Source of the DNA: Camelus ferus
Lineage: Eukaryota
Length of the DNA: 64,000 bases
Direction: 5' to 3'
NCBI RefSeq assembly: GCF_009834535.1
Contig: NC_045696.1
Location: forward strand, 92,320,001 to 92,384,000
This document shows, piece by piece, positions 13,245 through 27,674 of the stretch; position 1 is the first letter of the stretch; each line of letters opens with the position of its first letter. Both the position numbers and the translations under genes were made by a program. The notes under the pieces were generated by a model. It saw only the letters and a program-made list of their open reading frames with translations. It had not been told where the DNA came from and did not search any database.

Positions 13245-13870
13245 TTTATTTTTAACAAATAATTTTAAGAATATACTGTGTACTAGGTAGTGTGCTAGGG
13301 GTTAACAGAGCTGAAGCCCTCAACTGCAAGGAGCTCACAGTCTAGGGAAAACTAGACATGGATATGAATAGTTTAATGTCACACTAGGATAATGGGGGTG
13401 TCACGTGTTAAGTTTTGTGATCCATGTGTATATGAAGGAACTTGGGAACTCAGTCACCCTCCGCGGGCTGAGGGGGGAAAGTCAAAGTAGAAAAGGGGAT
13501 AAGGAGGAGAGGGGTGTGATCTCACAGAGAGGAGGAAGAGGAAGCAGGAACAGGGTCTCAAGGTATAAGGAAGAATTTTACCAACAAAAGAATAAGGAAA
13601 AGAGCATTCCAGGATGAAGGAATAGCAAGGGACCAGGTGTGGAAAAGAACAGTGTGTTAGGGGGTCTAGATGCACCTGGAGAGGAGGTGCCACAACAGGA
13701 GTGGGCACCTGCAGAGCTGGGTCTGTCAGGACAGCCACTGGGGCTGTAGCCTTTAATCGGGGAAGTAATGAGAAACAGAGGTTTGTTTCGAGAAGCAGAA
13801 TCTAACAAATTTAGCAGCAGTTTCTAACATGGATTTGGAGGAGAGGGCAAGGCTGGAGTCAGGGAAATGA
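13245..13870 (-). mobile_element. LINE-2 3' fragment
   Basis: aacaaataattttaagaatatactgtgtactagg...ggagctcacagtctagggaa...aagagcattccagg (reverse-oriented L2 3' end). Confidence 0.65.
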
Positions 13871-14169
13871 TCGGGTGGAAAGTGTCTGATCTTAGCACTG
13901 AGAGTCTGGAAGACGAGGGAATCCACGTGGAATTCTGGGTTCAGGCTTAAACGTTCACAATAAAGGCCACGTGGTCCACAATGAGTTCTGATGGGTGTAG
14001 TGGGGATGGTCCCAAGTCCCAGAAAAGGGTGTGTGCAGGGGTTGAGATGTAAAGGAGGCCAAAATGAGAAGCTGGGGACCGTGATTTCTGACTAGGCTCG
14101 ACTTCTATTCATATGAGAGAAAAAAGACAAAGTTGAGTGGAAAAATTCCTAAGGAAAAGTAAAAGCTTC

Positions 14170-14400
14170 AACTAATGTGTATTGGGCAGCCCTTAGAGGC
14201 AGGGCGTGGTGCCAGGCACCACCCTACATCATTCCTCTCTTAACCCTTACAATGGCTAAGGTGTGTAAGAACCAGTGTCCTTACTTCCACAGGTGCAGAA
14301 ACTGAGGCTCAGATAAAACAACTTGTCCGAAGCTTCACAGCTCACAAGGGGAAAGCAAAGCTTTGTTCCCAGGTCTGTGTGCCTCTGAACCCGTGCTGCA
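14170..14400 (-). mobile_element. MIR SINE
   Basis: taacccttacaat...acaggtgcagaaactgaggctcaga...aacttgtcc...cacagct...cccaggtctg. Confidence 0.75.
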
Positions 14401-14629
14401 AGCAAGAGCCAAAGGACGGAGAAACCTCTTCCACTGGCCTTGGTGATCAGGAGCCCACAGTGTCATTCTATCAACGCGGCATTTGTTTGTCAAAGAGCTC
14501 AGAAGCTGGGAGGTGAACCAGCAGGTCAGCAAAGGCTACTTATGGACGGTGTGACTAGTCCACTGGGCTCTGTGTCTGTTTCCCTGACTGTGTGCTGCCA
14601 CAGTTGGGGATGTTCATTTCTTCTAAAAT

Positions 14630-15670
14630 AAAGAGAGGAACATACTCGCTACACCAAAATAAATTTCAGAGAAATCAAGGACTTAAATGGAAAAAAAGAA
14701 ACCTAGAAAGTTTTGAAAAAAATTTGTGACCTTAAGAAAAAAAAAAAAAAAAGATCTAGAACAACTTTCAAAGCAGGACACAAACTCCAAAGCCTGGTAT
14801 ATTTGACTACATAAAAACTAAACATTTCTGGAAAAATCTATCTGGTATATAAAAAGATAACTTTCTTAATAAATACAAAGATCTCTAGCACATCAATATG
14901 AAAAGACCAAAAATCCAATTGAAAAATGAACACTTTCACAGAAAGTTGAGAGAAAAAAAGAAACACAAGTGAATTTTAAGTATGTGGAAAGATGAAAATG
15001 AAAACTTCATTGCCATGTCACTGTTTACCTATCACATTAGCAAAGATCAAAAACTTTGACATTATTATTCGTTACTCTGGTATGGGAAACAGTCTCAAAA
15101 ATCATCAGTAGGAGTATATTATGAAGCAATCTTACTACAGAGTGGTCGGGCAATATGCATGGAAATTTTAAATGGACTTTCCATTTGACCGTGCAATTTT
15201 ATACCTAGAAATGTCTCCTATGAGTACAGTTAGACCTGTACATAAAAATGCATGTATGATGCTGTTCAGGGCAGCAACTGTGTTTGTGTGCAGAAAAGAA
15301 CTAGGTGCAATTTAAATATTCATTGATAGGAACCCTCCTAAGTCAATTATAATATAGCTACACAAAGAATATTCTACTAAAATGAACGAGGAAGATACAC
15401 ACTGATGGCCCCTGATTTCGAAGATATATTTTTAAAGGAAAAAAGTAAGATGAAGAACAATGTGTATCATATATCATCATTTTTAAGAAAAAAAAGTATG
15501 TGTGTGTGTATACTTGTATATTCATAAACTATTAAAATGCATGGAAAATAGGTCACAGTCTAATGTGGAGGAACTAAGGACAGATAAGGGAGGGACATTT
15601 ACTTATCACTCTCTACCCTTTTTTATTGTTTGAAACTCTTTTCACCATGTGCATTTATTTCCTCTTCCAA
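14630..15670 (+). mobile_element. Old L1M (L1ME-like) 3' fragment
   Basis: ctacaccaaaataaatttcaga...tttgactacataaaaac...cctatcacattagcaaagatc...tttcaccatgtgcatttatt. Confidence 0.75.
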
Positions 15671-17628
15671 AATAAAAGGAGGGGGGCAATAAAGAAGGGC
15701 AAAGGGAGTGAGTCATGATGTACAAGAGGGAGAGGGGTGCAGGAACACTAGCCAACCAGATGGAAGTCAGTTCCCATTGTCTCCAGCCGGCTTCAGGGCT
15801 CCTGGAGGCTTCACACTGGTAAGGCCAACCCCACAAAGGCTAAGGGACCAAGGAAAATGGAACTATTTTACAGTTAGGCTTCCTACCAAAACTTGGAAAT
15901 GAACAATTCATCATTCAGGGTAAAACTGGTCTCCCCAGAGGAAGTCACACATCATAGGCAGTTCTGTGTTGTCATTTTCTTTAGCCTAAGGATAAAGCAG
16001 TTTTCTTAACGAGCAAACACAATTTCATTAATAATTTAAACTTTTATCAAATGGGTATGTATTACAATAGCCATCTTTTCAGAAAGAAAAATCAGGCCTC
16101 TTGGTTTGACCATGGTCTTGTTCTGACCGTGGTCGGAGCCCTGGATGGAAATCACTGCATTTCCAGGGAGGGTAGGAGTTTACTGAGTGTGGAGGCCTTG
16201 GTGCCATCTGGCAGGTGGAGACATACTTCACTGCAGATACCAGGACAGGAAAAGCTGCACTTGTGCAGCAATGGACCATGACAGATACTGGCTGGAACAA
16301 ACCCGCACACCAGGGGACGCACTCTCCCATTACAAACCAGTTGCAAGTAAATGAAACGCACAGGTATACGGGTAAACACAGTACAAATGAGGGGCTTGAA
16401 GGGTCGTCATATAAAGAATTCACTTTACGAAAAGAAATTGCATGACTAAACTTGGTGAAAACGCTTTGGTGAAGGAGTGGGATCCTGTGTGAAAGCAAGA
16501 AAAACCTGGCAATCAAATGACTTAGGCCTGACCTTTTTATTCATGTAAAGTTTCATTAGCATTTCATAATTTAAATTACACCATTCAAATAAATGCAGGT
16601 CCACAATCTCTAATTAAGAATCCAAGCAGGGATAACCTTTTTTAAAAAACCAACTCAGTTTAATTTAAAAACTCATATACTATTCATGGCTTATTATTTT
16701 GGATAAAGTTTGTCAAGAGATGTAACTGATCAAGATTAGGCCGAATTAGAATACACATTTGCATGTGGCAATAGATGAAGGCTTCAGGGAAGTCCTGTTG
16801 CATCCACTCTTGGACCTCTGAGCCCAGACACATTTTGACAGGACTGGGAGAACTTCCGGATCCCTGCTGATGTCTCTGTAGTTGTACACCGCCCCCCGCC
16901 CCCTCTGTTACTGGTTGTCTGGCTTATCCTCGAGGGTCTCAGAACACAAGACTGTTGGGGAAGACTTGATCTCCTGCTGCCAAAACTTGGTGTACAGTTA
17001 ATTCATCAGTGCTAGGGGTTTCCAAATGCCTGGATTTCAACTACAAGCAAACATTCCAAAAGAATCTGGAGGATGGACATAAGGTGGCTAACTTCTATTT
17101 TGCCATGCTAGGACATGAACAAACGTGCAGACAAAATGCTCACCAACATTTGCCTTTTCTGAATTTAAAAAAGCCTTTTAAGACCACAAAAAAGTGAAAG
17201 GAAATAAATTTTACTTCAAAAATCATGTATATCCTATCATTTATGTTAAAATTAGGTATGTATCGACAAGTAAAAATATTTTTCAAATTATTTTAAGAAG
17301 GGATATAGGGGTATTCTTTTACACTGAATGCTTAGTTAAAAAAAAAAAACCTTCATTGTTCTAATTTTTTTTCATTCTGCATATACTGTTGAAATCATCT
17401 TTCTGAACTGTTTGTTGCAGGACCCCTGTCCGGTGGTTGGGAACCGCTGATCCGCACGAGAGCTTACTGTTTCTTCCCTTTCCTCAGTTTGACTCTTTTC
17501 TAGTTGCCTCTGAATACCACATCTATGCAGGAACATGCTGTCCATTTTTAGAACGTCTTCGGGACAAATGGAGTTAAGTGTTCAGAAAAGAATCTCAGGA
17601 TGGTTTTAATAATTGATTTAAAAGTAAT

Positions 17629-17726
17629 TGTATGTTCATGCATAACTGAAAAATTGTGCTCTACACTGGAATTTGACACAACATTGTAAAATAACCATAA
17701 CTCAATAAAAAAAAGTTAAAAAAAAA
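17629..17726 (+). mobile_element. Very short young L1 3' end
   Basis: Nearly the same sequence as the 3' terminus of the L1 at 30865-32123 (tatgttcatg.ataactgaa.aattgtgctctaca.tggaatttga.acaacattgtaaaat), plus AATAAA and poly-A. Confidence 0.88.
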
Positions 17727-18199
17727 TAATACTTGTTTGCAAAGCCAAGTCAATCACCCCATCCCAGAGGTGCCCTGGGGCCAGAGCCCCACCCATGCTT
17801 GCAAGAACGTCTTCCTGGGTGAGGTGACGGCCATATTCATGATGAGGGGTGAGTTCCGTCTCCTTGCCCTTTTCTTTAAAAACAGCTTTAATAAAAGATA
17901 AGAGGTGCACTCTGAAACAGGAGCCCCAAAGAGGGACCTAGAAGCGGGAATGCCAGGCCTTTTGCTACAAAGCCTGGAAGACCAGTGAGCTTTAAGGACA
18001 CCTGCTGTGTGTCCTGGGAAGAGGAGTGAGTGAGCTGAGGTTTGTACCACAAGCCCTGAAGGACCATCAGAAAAGGCTCAGGGGCCACAGAAGACCATGC
18101 TGTGAGTGCTGGTTCACTCCACAGAGGTTTTCACCACATGGACTGTGGATCAAGTGGCCTTGCAGCTGCCTGCACAACTCACTCGAAGCTTACTGAATT

Positions 18200-18630
18200 A
18201 CAGATCAATTTCTCCCTGGGAGGAAATCCTTAATGCTGTGCAACACAGTTTTGTACTGTACTGCATTCTGTTCAACAACTCTGTTGATGATTTTGCTGAG
18301 AACAGAAGATGTGATTATGAAATTTGTAGTTGGCTTACAGCTAGGAAGGACAGACTGGCTGCAACAATCGGCCTGAGACTAACTTGATGAAACTCAATTC
18401 AATTACATCTTGCAATTCTATTTAATATAATAGTGTCATAATTACAGAAGAGAGGTGACCCAGTTAAATAACAAAGGGGCATGAAATTCATAAATCCTTG
18501 AAGACTTAACCATAATAGTAGTATATGCCAGGAATGAGACTGGACAGTTGGGAAATCTAGTGGATTTGGGTTATGTTAAATAGAAAATCAGCATCTGTAA
18601 GGAGTATCTGTCTCATTAGAGTTTGTTCTA
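18200..18630 (+). mobile_element. L3/CR1 LINE reverse-transcriptase remnant
   Basis: ctgttcaacaactctgttgatgattttg...atgaaatttgtagttgg..acagctaggaagg resembles the CR1 LFNIFINDL...KFADDTKLGG region. Confidence 0.5.
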
Positions 18631-20139
18631 GAAAAAAGCAGCTTCCCTCCATCCAACCTCCAAGTGTTATAGTTCTCCCTCAAAAGCATCCCCTAGCTCT
18701 CCACTGTCTCCAGAACAAAGCTCAGACTCCTTTCCTGGCATGCCATACCCTGACGACCTACTTCAACTATCCAGTCTCATTTCCCACTGTTCTCGTTTCT
18801 TACCTGCTGGCCCATCCCAAACCACATGCAACTCCCTCCACATGCTTTTTTGTACCTTTGTTTCTTGGTCCAGCTTGTCCTCATCTAAAATTTCACCTCT
18901 GCTCTGAGGTATGGGAGAGAGTTGATGGGAAGGGATGTGTACTATTGGGCCAGAATTTGGAGGTGGTGAGTAGGGGCGGCAACAGAATCCCATGGCCTGG
19001 AGGAACTAGATAGCGTGAGAGCACAGGAGACAGTAACAGGCAAAGACGAGGGTCATGCACACATGGGGAAGCCCGGATGCCAGGTGGGTGCCAAAGGGAA
19101 CCGTCAAGTCTGTGGCAGAGAATCAAGAGAGGTAAGTGCAAATGAGGAGAGCCAGTTACTGGGAGGCTTGCCTCCTTGCTTATCCTAATCACTTCCCCAA
19201 AACCTTTTTCATCTTTATCTTCTCCATCTCTCCCAATTTCAAGATTGTGTTGACTACTCTCTTCCCTGTGGCAATTCTCTACCCCTCAAATATTTCTCTG
19301 TTAGGTCTCATATGGCCCAGATTTTCAATTCTTTGTGTACATTTCCAGTTCTCACACTAGACCAAATACTTGCTTGATGGTGAGGCCATGATCTACCTAT
19401 GTAACCCCAGGGTCTAGCCCACAGTACCACATCTGTATCAGTAACACAGTCTCTGACACAGTACACACTACATACATGTAGACTCACACCTATATATTTA
19501 TATGTTTATGCGTATGTGTGTACACACATATATACATATAGATAATATATGCTTAATAAATTAATGGTGAATCTGCTTTGTTAAATCTTGCTTGCAAACC
19601 ATATTTCTCAAGGTACAATGCCAATATTATTAGCATATAGGAATCAGTGCATCTTGATTTATCTCATTACGAGAGAATCATCTTTTAAAAAAAATACCTT
19701 ACTGAGTAGAAAATGCTTTTCAATCCGAGTTCTCAATCAGTCATATCTACGCAAAGGCAAGGCATTTGGATCATGCGTCCTCACCATGCTTTCCTGACCA
19801 CTTAGGACCAATTTAGGTGAATTGTAAGTATTCTACTGAGAAGGAAATAAAACATCTGATATGAACACAAATCAGCTGTCCTTCAAATCTTGAACATGAG
19901 TGGGCTAATCCCTACCATAGAAACACACTATTTTATTACTGCTCTTATGTTTGCCTTCATCAGATTTTTTTATTTGCATAAGTAGGCGAGTAAACTTTGA
20001 AAGGAGTGACATCTTCTTTAGGCATGGTGAGGTTCAGAAGGCAGCGTTCTTGTCAACTGTTTCTTAGCTGCTTTCCAGATCATGGGGTCTGAGCTGCAAC
20101 ATTATAATGTTCTTTCTACTCTTGGTGCGAATAAGCTTG

Positions 20140-20790
20140 AGTCACTCATTTATTCTACAAATCCTTCTTGGGTACCCACTGCACGTAAGGCACTATTCCA
20201 GGTGTTGGGAATGCATCTAGCAACAGAGTTGGCAACATCCTGCCTCCAAGGGTCTCATATTCATTCTAGTGGGGAGGACAGAAAAACAAATAATTCAGTA
20301 AATATACAATATTATATCAGGCAGTGATACCTGCTGTGTAGAAAAATAAATGATGTAAAGGGAAAGAGGATGAGAGCAATCACCATTTTAGATGGGGTGC
20401 CCAGACAAGACCACAAGGAGGAGGTAATATTTGAGCACAGAACTGATTGAAGTGAGGAAGGCAACCACGCTGACTGCTGAGACACAGCATTCCAAGTAGA
20501 CGAAAGAGCACATGCAAAAGCCCGAATGCAGGAGTATGCTGGGAGTGTCTGAGGACCGCTGAGACTCCATCACTGATCTGATGCTGAATGAGGAAACGGT
20601 GATAAGAACTGAGGTTGGAGAAGTTGCCAGAGGCCAGATGTTGCCGAGTCAGAGCAGAATTTTGAATTTTATTCTCAGTGTGTTGGAAAGTCATTGGAGA
20701 TTTGAGCAGCCTTGTGACATGATGTGATTTGTTTTTTTTAAAGGTTACTCTAGCTGCCATGGAAGGGGGTGCAGTGTAAAGTTGGGTGCT
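20140..20790 (-). mobile_element. LINE-2 (L2a-like) 3' fragment
   Basis: cactcatttattctacaaat...gcactattccaggtgttggg...cagcattccaagtagacgaaagagcacatgcaaaagccc...ttactctagctgc. Confidence 0.85.
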
Positions 20791-21439
20791 TGCAGATGGT
20801 GGGGAATGTGGTATGACCAATGGCTCCAAAAGGCCGCAGCTTCTTTTCTTCACTTTGTCTGCCCTAGAAAGAGCCTCTTGGTCAGCAAATCTTCCTGCTC
20901 AAGTTTCTGCCCTCAGGGAGGATTGCCCCGTGAGCAGCCCCACCATGACAGCAAGTCCCCATCTGCTGGTGTCAGCAGATAAGGCAGATCCAGCTGTCTT
21001 TTCATTCTGGTCTGGGATTTCCTTGAGGGGCCGACACTTCTGTTATATAGGCTTGAGTCAACAGAAACCCCTATTTATCAGGCCCAGAGCTTTTCTGTTA
21101 ATACAATTTATGAGATGTTAATTGCCTGACATTTCCCTTCCTTTAGCAACTCAGTTTATTAAACCGAAATCCAGGATGAGTGTCTCAGGTCTGCAGGTTC
21201 ACTGCATTATGAAAGAAGAGGGGCAGAAAGGCTATGCCTGTGGACCTCAGGGCCTTGTCTTCTAGCTGATTCTTCACACATGACTAACTTCATGATGTCT
21301 GGACGGGACCACCCACTGTAAGCGAGGGTGCTGTCCCACGCACCCACGCAAGGCGGTATGTTCTCCGAGCCACCGGTCAGTGCTTGGTGGGGCTCTTCCT
21401 GAGCTGTTCGCAATGTGGTTTACAATGGCAAAGCCACCG

Positions 21440-24160
21440 AATCCACTCCCTGTAATGCCCAAATCAGCTCCTATCAGCATGAGCCTCCTGAGGACAACAA
21501 TAAACTCTGGGCAAAATATTTTTAAAAACACCAATACTTGAAGGCACCAAAGACCAACCAAAAGAAGGTACACATTCTAGAGGATGTTGGGGGAAACCAC
21601 CTGCCATAAACCTAGAGCGTCCCTGCATGTTCTTTCTGGGGGTGTCCAGGAGGTCAGGCCCAGAAGGATAACATAAAGTCTCCTGAGAGACAACGGGTGG
21701 GGGTGTTAATTGGTTAAAGCAGAAGAGGCAGATTCCCCAAGCTCAGTATTCCTCGCCTGTAATGCCACCCACTGTGGGTGCAGGCTTCCGCCTGGGCCTA
21801 TGGAGCCATTCATGCGGGACTTGGGAGCCAGGGAGCTCAATGCCAGCGTGTTGATACTCATGATGCTTGCTATACCCTTGTTTCTGACCCATGAAATAGG
21901 TACAGGCTTATTTATCGGCTTATATACATAGGGTAAAATCAAATCCCAAACCTTGGGGGAGAGGAGCTGACACTTGAAAGAAGGGAATGGTGCTGGATGG
22001 ATTTCCCATTTTCATGACTTCTGCCTTGATAGCAGGTCTGAGTCTATGTCATGTGGAGTAGCTAAGACTCTGATAGGAAGCCTGCACTATTTCTGGCTTA
22101 GACAATCAGAGGGCAGAGTTTGGGACAACTATGGCCACTAGAAAGTGAAGGAAGAATCACAGAAATCAGAGAGTCAGAGGAAGGAATTATAAATTCTGTG
22201 TATTAATTCTGCGCAAATGTCTGGTTGACCTGATTTGCAAGGTGGACTCCAAATGGCCCAGGAGAGACTAAAATTTCAGAAGTGAGATTGCAGCAGCTGC
22301 CCAAGAACAGAGTTTGCACTCTGAATTCAATCAAGTTAATTACCTGCGATAATAACAACAAAAACTCTTTGGAGAAATCTAACAGCATTCAGAGCCTGTA
22401 CAACACATTTACAATGTCCAGAATATAATCCAAAATTATTTAACATACTAAGAAACAAGAAAATTTGGCCTGTTCTCAAGATAGAAAACAACCAATAGAG
22501 AATGACCCTAAGATAACCTAGATGCTGGAATTAGCAGACAAAAGTTTCAAAGTAGTAATTGTAACTCTGCTCAAGGATGGAAAAGAAAATATCCTTTTGA
22601 TGAAATAAAAGGTTATTTCAGACAATAAATAGAAGCTATGTTTTTTAAAATGCAAATTTCAGAATTAAATAATACAATGTATGAGAAAACAATTACTAGA
22701 TGGGCTTACCATCAATCAGAATGGAAGTAAGAGGAAAAACTCGATAAACTTGGAGCTAGATGAATAGAAATTACCCAATTAAAATAAAAGAGAAAAAGAG
22801 ATTTTAAGAAATGATCAGACCCTCAAGAACTTGGGAGATAATATTCAAAAGTCTAACATATATGTAATTGAATATGAGAAAATATACTTAAAAAAGTAAT
22901 GACTGAAAATTTCCCAAATTTGATGGAGATGTTAATTTATTATTCAAGAAGGTCACCAAAGCCTAAGCAGAATAAATACAAAGAAAATCATCTCTAGGCA
23001 TATTACAGTCAAATGACTAAAAACTAAAGATACAGAAAAAACTTGAATGCAACCAAACCATTATTGACAGAGTAACAATGATTCCAATCAACTCATCTCT
23101 CAGTAGAAACAGTGAAAGCCAGAAATCAGAACAACGTCTTCAAACTACTGGGGAAAAATTTCAACCCAGAATTCTATATGTAGAGAAAAGAAAACTAAGA
23201 AAATGAATCACCAGATCTTTAGTATAAGAAATGCTAAAGGAGGTTCCTAAGGTAGAAAGAAAATGATACCAGATAGAAAATCTTTAGGAAGGAAGGGTGT
23301 TGAAAATAATATATGTGGGTAAATATAAAAGATGATTTTCTGTCTTAATTTCTTTAAAGTACATTTGACTCTATAAATTAAAAATTACAACCCTGTCTTG
23401 AGAGTTGAAAAAGTATGTAATCTGAAGGAACTGTGGTAGCTATAAATTGATCTATATGTTTGTAAAGTCTGTATATTCTAAATATGGTGTTAAAATACTA
23501 ACTTGAAGTAGACTGTAAATATTTAAGAGTGCATAGAATACTCCCTAGAGCAGAGGCTTGAAAAATAATGCAGGGTAGTGTAGCGAAAAAGACAACAGGT
23601 AAACGAAAACGGAATTTAAAAAAAAAATGAAGTTTTAAAATGCCCAAATAAGAGAGTTAAAGATATCAAAAGATCAAAAACAACAGAGCTTACAAGCAGG
23701 AAACACAATCCAAACCTAAACCCAACATTATCAACAATTACATTAAATGTTAATATACTAAACACTCCAACTAAAAGGCAGAGGTTGTTAGAATGGATTA
23801 AAAAAAAAAGGTAAGACACAAATATATGCTCCCTTCAAGCAATATACTTTATGTATAAAGGTAAATTAAAAGTAAATAGATGGATAAAGTTATACCACAC
23901 CAACAATAAGAAGAAGAATGCTGGGATGGCTATATTAATATATACTAATATCAGATAAAATAAACTTTAAGACAAAGAGTATTATCAGAAATAAAGTGAC
24001 ACATTTTCTAATGATAAAGGTTAATCAGAATAACAATCATAAATGTATATATTATAATAATAGAACTCCAAAATATATAAAACAACAATTGAAAATTAGA
24101 GAGAGAATTCCACTTTCAGCAACAGATGGAACAACTAGACCAAAAAAAAAAAAAAAAATC
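21440..24160 (+). mobile_element. Old L1M 5' portion (5'UTR, ORF1, start of ORF2 endonuclease), degenerate
   Basis: ORF1-like gactgaaaatttcccaaatttgatg...tcaacccagaattctatat; endonuclease-like aacattatcaacaattacattaaatgttaat...aaggcagaggttgttagaatggatt. No long intact frame. Confidence 0.8.
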
Positions 24161-25090
24161 TGTTAGAAACACCTACACTGAAGGCCACCAACTAGAAGGC
24201 CCAACCTGCACGACTGTCCATGGCAGTGTTCTGGGGACAACTTTGGAATTTCGCATATAGAAATAAGGGCTAAGAATAAACTAGACACGCCCATCATAGT
24301 GTCAGTCATGCCTCTAGTTCCTCTTACTGGGTAACATCCCACTCCTGACCTTGCTGTAGAACCACTGAGGAAGCCATGTTTTCAACATTATGAGAATCCC
24401 ATTCCCCGCTCTTCCCACCCTTGTGCACCGAGAGCTGTGGAGCTAGAACGGGTGGCTACCTCCCTGCAGGTATCGAGATGTCTATACGCTTGCCAGTGTT
24501 CTGACACGTGGTGTCAAGGAGTCTGCCTGAACAGAGATAATGGTCATGAGCTGGACTTTCCTGATGCTCTCTTACAGAAACTGTACCTAGGAGATACTGA
24601 GAAGATGAGGTTGTTAGCAAGTAGTATGAAAAGCTATAGGGAAATGGCATGGCAAAGAGAGTTATGAGTTACACGTAATGAATAAGTAGATTCAATGGAG
24701 GTAGATGAAAAAACAGAGGAAGGAAGAAATGAGCAAGCAAGTCAGAGCTGTAGGAGAAGGGAGCAGACAGGCAGAGAGCTGAATGTGACGGGTGGAGAGG
24801 CACCCACCACTGGTGGCTGAGGCACTGACCCTTGCTGCTGAGGCTCCTAGAGCCGCCTGGCCCCTGTTCAGGAGAGAGCTGGCTGTTCTACGGTTATTTT
24901 CCGCGGAGTCCATGAGACGGCTGTCATTCATGGTCCATTACATCATGAATATCCTAATAGTCAACCCACCTCACCTGAGGCAAAGCAAGGGGGCCCAAAG
25001 GCAATTAAAAAACCTAATTAGGCCAAATTATTAGTAAAATTCAGGCTCTGCTCAGTGCTTACCGACTTTAGTAGTTGGTATTGGAATTTT

Positions 25091-25233
25091 AATTTGGTGA
25101 AGAAACTAATATACGGTTTCAAGAAGGTCAGCAAACTCCAGGCAAGATAAATACAAAGAAAACCATCCGTAAGTGCATTATAGTCAAACTGCTAAAACCC
25201 GAAGACACAGAGAAAAACGTGGAAGCAGCCAAA
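25091..25233 (+). mobile_element. Second L1 ORF1 fragment homologous to 22917-23057
   Basis: Both copies read ttcaagaaggtca.caaa...ataaatacaaagaaaa.catc...agtcaaa...ctaaaa...aaga.acaga.aaaa. Confidence 0.75.
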
Positions 25234-27565
25234 GACCTGTGACACGGACTTTCATGTTATGTAGAAACTTTATATTTTCTCAATGTAGAAACATTGTTAT
25301 TTTTTAAGATAAAATTTGCATTTGTTAATATATAAAACTTATTATTTTTAATGTGGAACAAGTATTCAAAGGGAAGTAAGAAAAATTATTTTCTTTACAT
25401 AATTTCTAAGTCTTTTTGAAATGCATTAAATAATAGTATCTATTTTTCTTTCCAGGTCTATGAGTCACATTTATTTTGAAAGGAACTTGTAAGGGACACA
25501 TGTGTCTTGATAAAATATAATAATGAAAAATAGTGGCATGGATATTGTAGTTTATAAATGAGAAGGGACACTAACTAGAACTAGACCCATAACTTGCTAG
25601 AAAGGAATGCTGGCTGCACTGCAAAGTTTAACAGCTTCGGCTTTTGAGTCAGACAAAACAGATTTTCTACTTCTCTGCCTAAGAAATATCAGAATTGTGA
25701 CTCTGATCATCAGTTTCCTCACTTGTATGACAGGAGTAATAGTAGTCTCTACCTCGTGTGGTTTTTGGGAGACCTAAGACATAAGACGATACGTGTAAAA
25801 GTGCTTCACATCACACCTAGCCTATAACTCCTCAGTAGATGAACGTTGTTGTTCCTTGGTCTGTTGGGCACACCCAGCAAATGAAGCTCGGGACCACAAT
25901 TTTAGGAATTGCACCCTCATCAGCCCTTGCCTGGAGGAGGGAAGGGAGGGGAGAAATGAAGAGATGGAAGAGTTTGAAGAAAGCCAGAGTGTGGTTGCTG
26001 TGGACTCAGTGTGAAAACAAGATCTCGGGGCCCATCCTCTCAAGGGCAGGATTCCAGGAGGGTCTTAGGGATTCCTAGGACTAGGGCAAGGACTGTGCTT
26101 GCCTTTCTACCCCTTGAGCATGGCGGAGAGGCTGGCCCAATAAATGCCGCTTGAATGAATGACTGATATTAGGATGAAAATCTATTGCAAAATAGCATTA
26201 CTGGGAGGGTCTGGGAGAAAGTCCCAAAGCTACCAAAGCCCCAGGAAACAAAGGTGGCTCCCACTGGTACCAGTTCTGAACCTGAGAACTCCATCAGTCA
26301 GGTGAGTGCATGGTGTCATGTTCTCATCTTTGGCACAGGGTAGGTGTTCAATAATATCTACTGAACGCATGACTCCATGAATAAAAAAAAGGCATCCTCT
26401 GAAAAACCTGTTCATAAGAATCATTAAAATGTCACTGATTCATGGGAAACATATGGGCAACACTTTCTTGGAGATGGATGGAAATTATAGAACAAGGTCT
26501 TAATGAAATCACTTTGTACTTACCTATCATGCTTCCTAATTAAAGTGCATTGCAATATAGACCAATTTAGAAAATACTGCTTGGCCCATCAAAGGCAGGA
26601 GAGAGCCAAACTGTTGCCAAGGACACGATGAACTTGGATTATTTCAATGAAAATACTTGTCTATCCATTCAGCTCAAAAAGATGCTGACACAGCAGAATG
26701 TAGATTGTTGTTTCTATTTTTCTATTAATTCTGACTCACATTTCTGATCTCACCCTGAAAACACATCCAATCTCTCATGCATTTTCATAAAATATATGTG
26801 TAATCCTGAGGAATTGAGAGCAAAAGTTAAAAAATGCAAAATAAATTGTTCCCATCCTTGGCAATTGTTCTATGTGATGTTCCTTGGCTCTAAGAAGTAG
26901 TAGTCGTGCATAAGAAAAGGAATTCAAAAGAAAGCACTCTAAATGTCTGAAATGCTGTAAAAGTCATGAGAATTTTGTTTCTCTGTAACACCTAATACAA
27001 AGCCATTTCCTTAATGATTCTCTTTTGGTGTGTTCTAAAAGCAGCATGGGGTAGGAAAAAGGCAGCCTTGGGCTAGAAATGCAAATTCCTGTTATTATAA
27101 AGTATGGAAAGACTGTCTGGAACCAAGAAAATTCAAGTTCTGCCCAGGCTATAATAACAGGCACCCAATATGGAGTTGCCACATGCAATGTTTCTAATGC
27201 ACTTCTCTCGGTGTTTCACAATAAGCCATTACCATGGCAACTTAACCTCAACCACACAAAAGAAACACCTCAAATTCTGTCTTTGGAATGACACAGATCT
27301 CACACAGAATCAAAGGATTTGTTTAAAAAATACTTCTCTAATGCCATCTTTAATGGCTGAAAGATAGGTTTAGGAAGTGTGTGGTCAATGTATAGACAAA
27401 TTGAAGAACCAAGTACGTGAATGATTGTTAGATATTTTTGCAGGCTTAAGGGGCTGAAAGTTCTACTGTAATGATGTACATAAATACAAATCTGTGAATA
27501 CTGTTTAGAGGAAAAGTTGAATGTAGAAGCATTTCAGTTTTATGCTGCTTTGAAAGGCACTGCCT

Positions 27566-27674
27566 GGGGGAGGGTATAGCTCAGTGGCAGAGCACCTGCT
27601 TGGCATGAGCAAGGTCCTGGGTTCAATCCCCAATACCTCCATAAAAAAAAAATAACAAAACAAAACAAAACAAA
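27566..27674 (+). mobile_element. tRNA-derived SINE (camelid Vic-1 type)
   Basis: ggggagggtatagctcagtggcagagc...ggtcctgggttcaatcccc (Pol III A and B boxes) with an A/CAAAA tail. Confidence 0.9.

Noticed and set aside
16051..16516. Cluster of overlapping ORFs and partial CTCF-like motifs
   Set aside because: No recognisable protein or supported splice structure; the motifs have two core mismatches each.
27566..27640. tRNA-like sequence with A and B boxes (also at 30355, 36214, 38243, 46003)
   Set aside because: Poly-A tails, TSDs on several copies and divergence mark them as SINEs, not tRNA genes.
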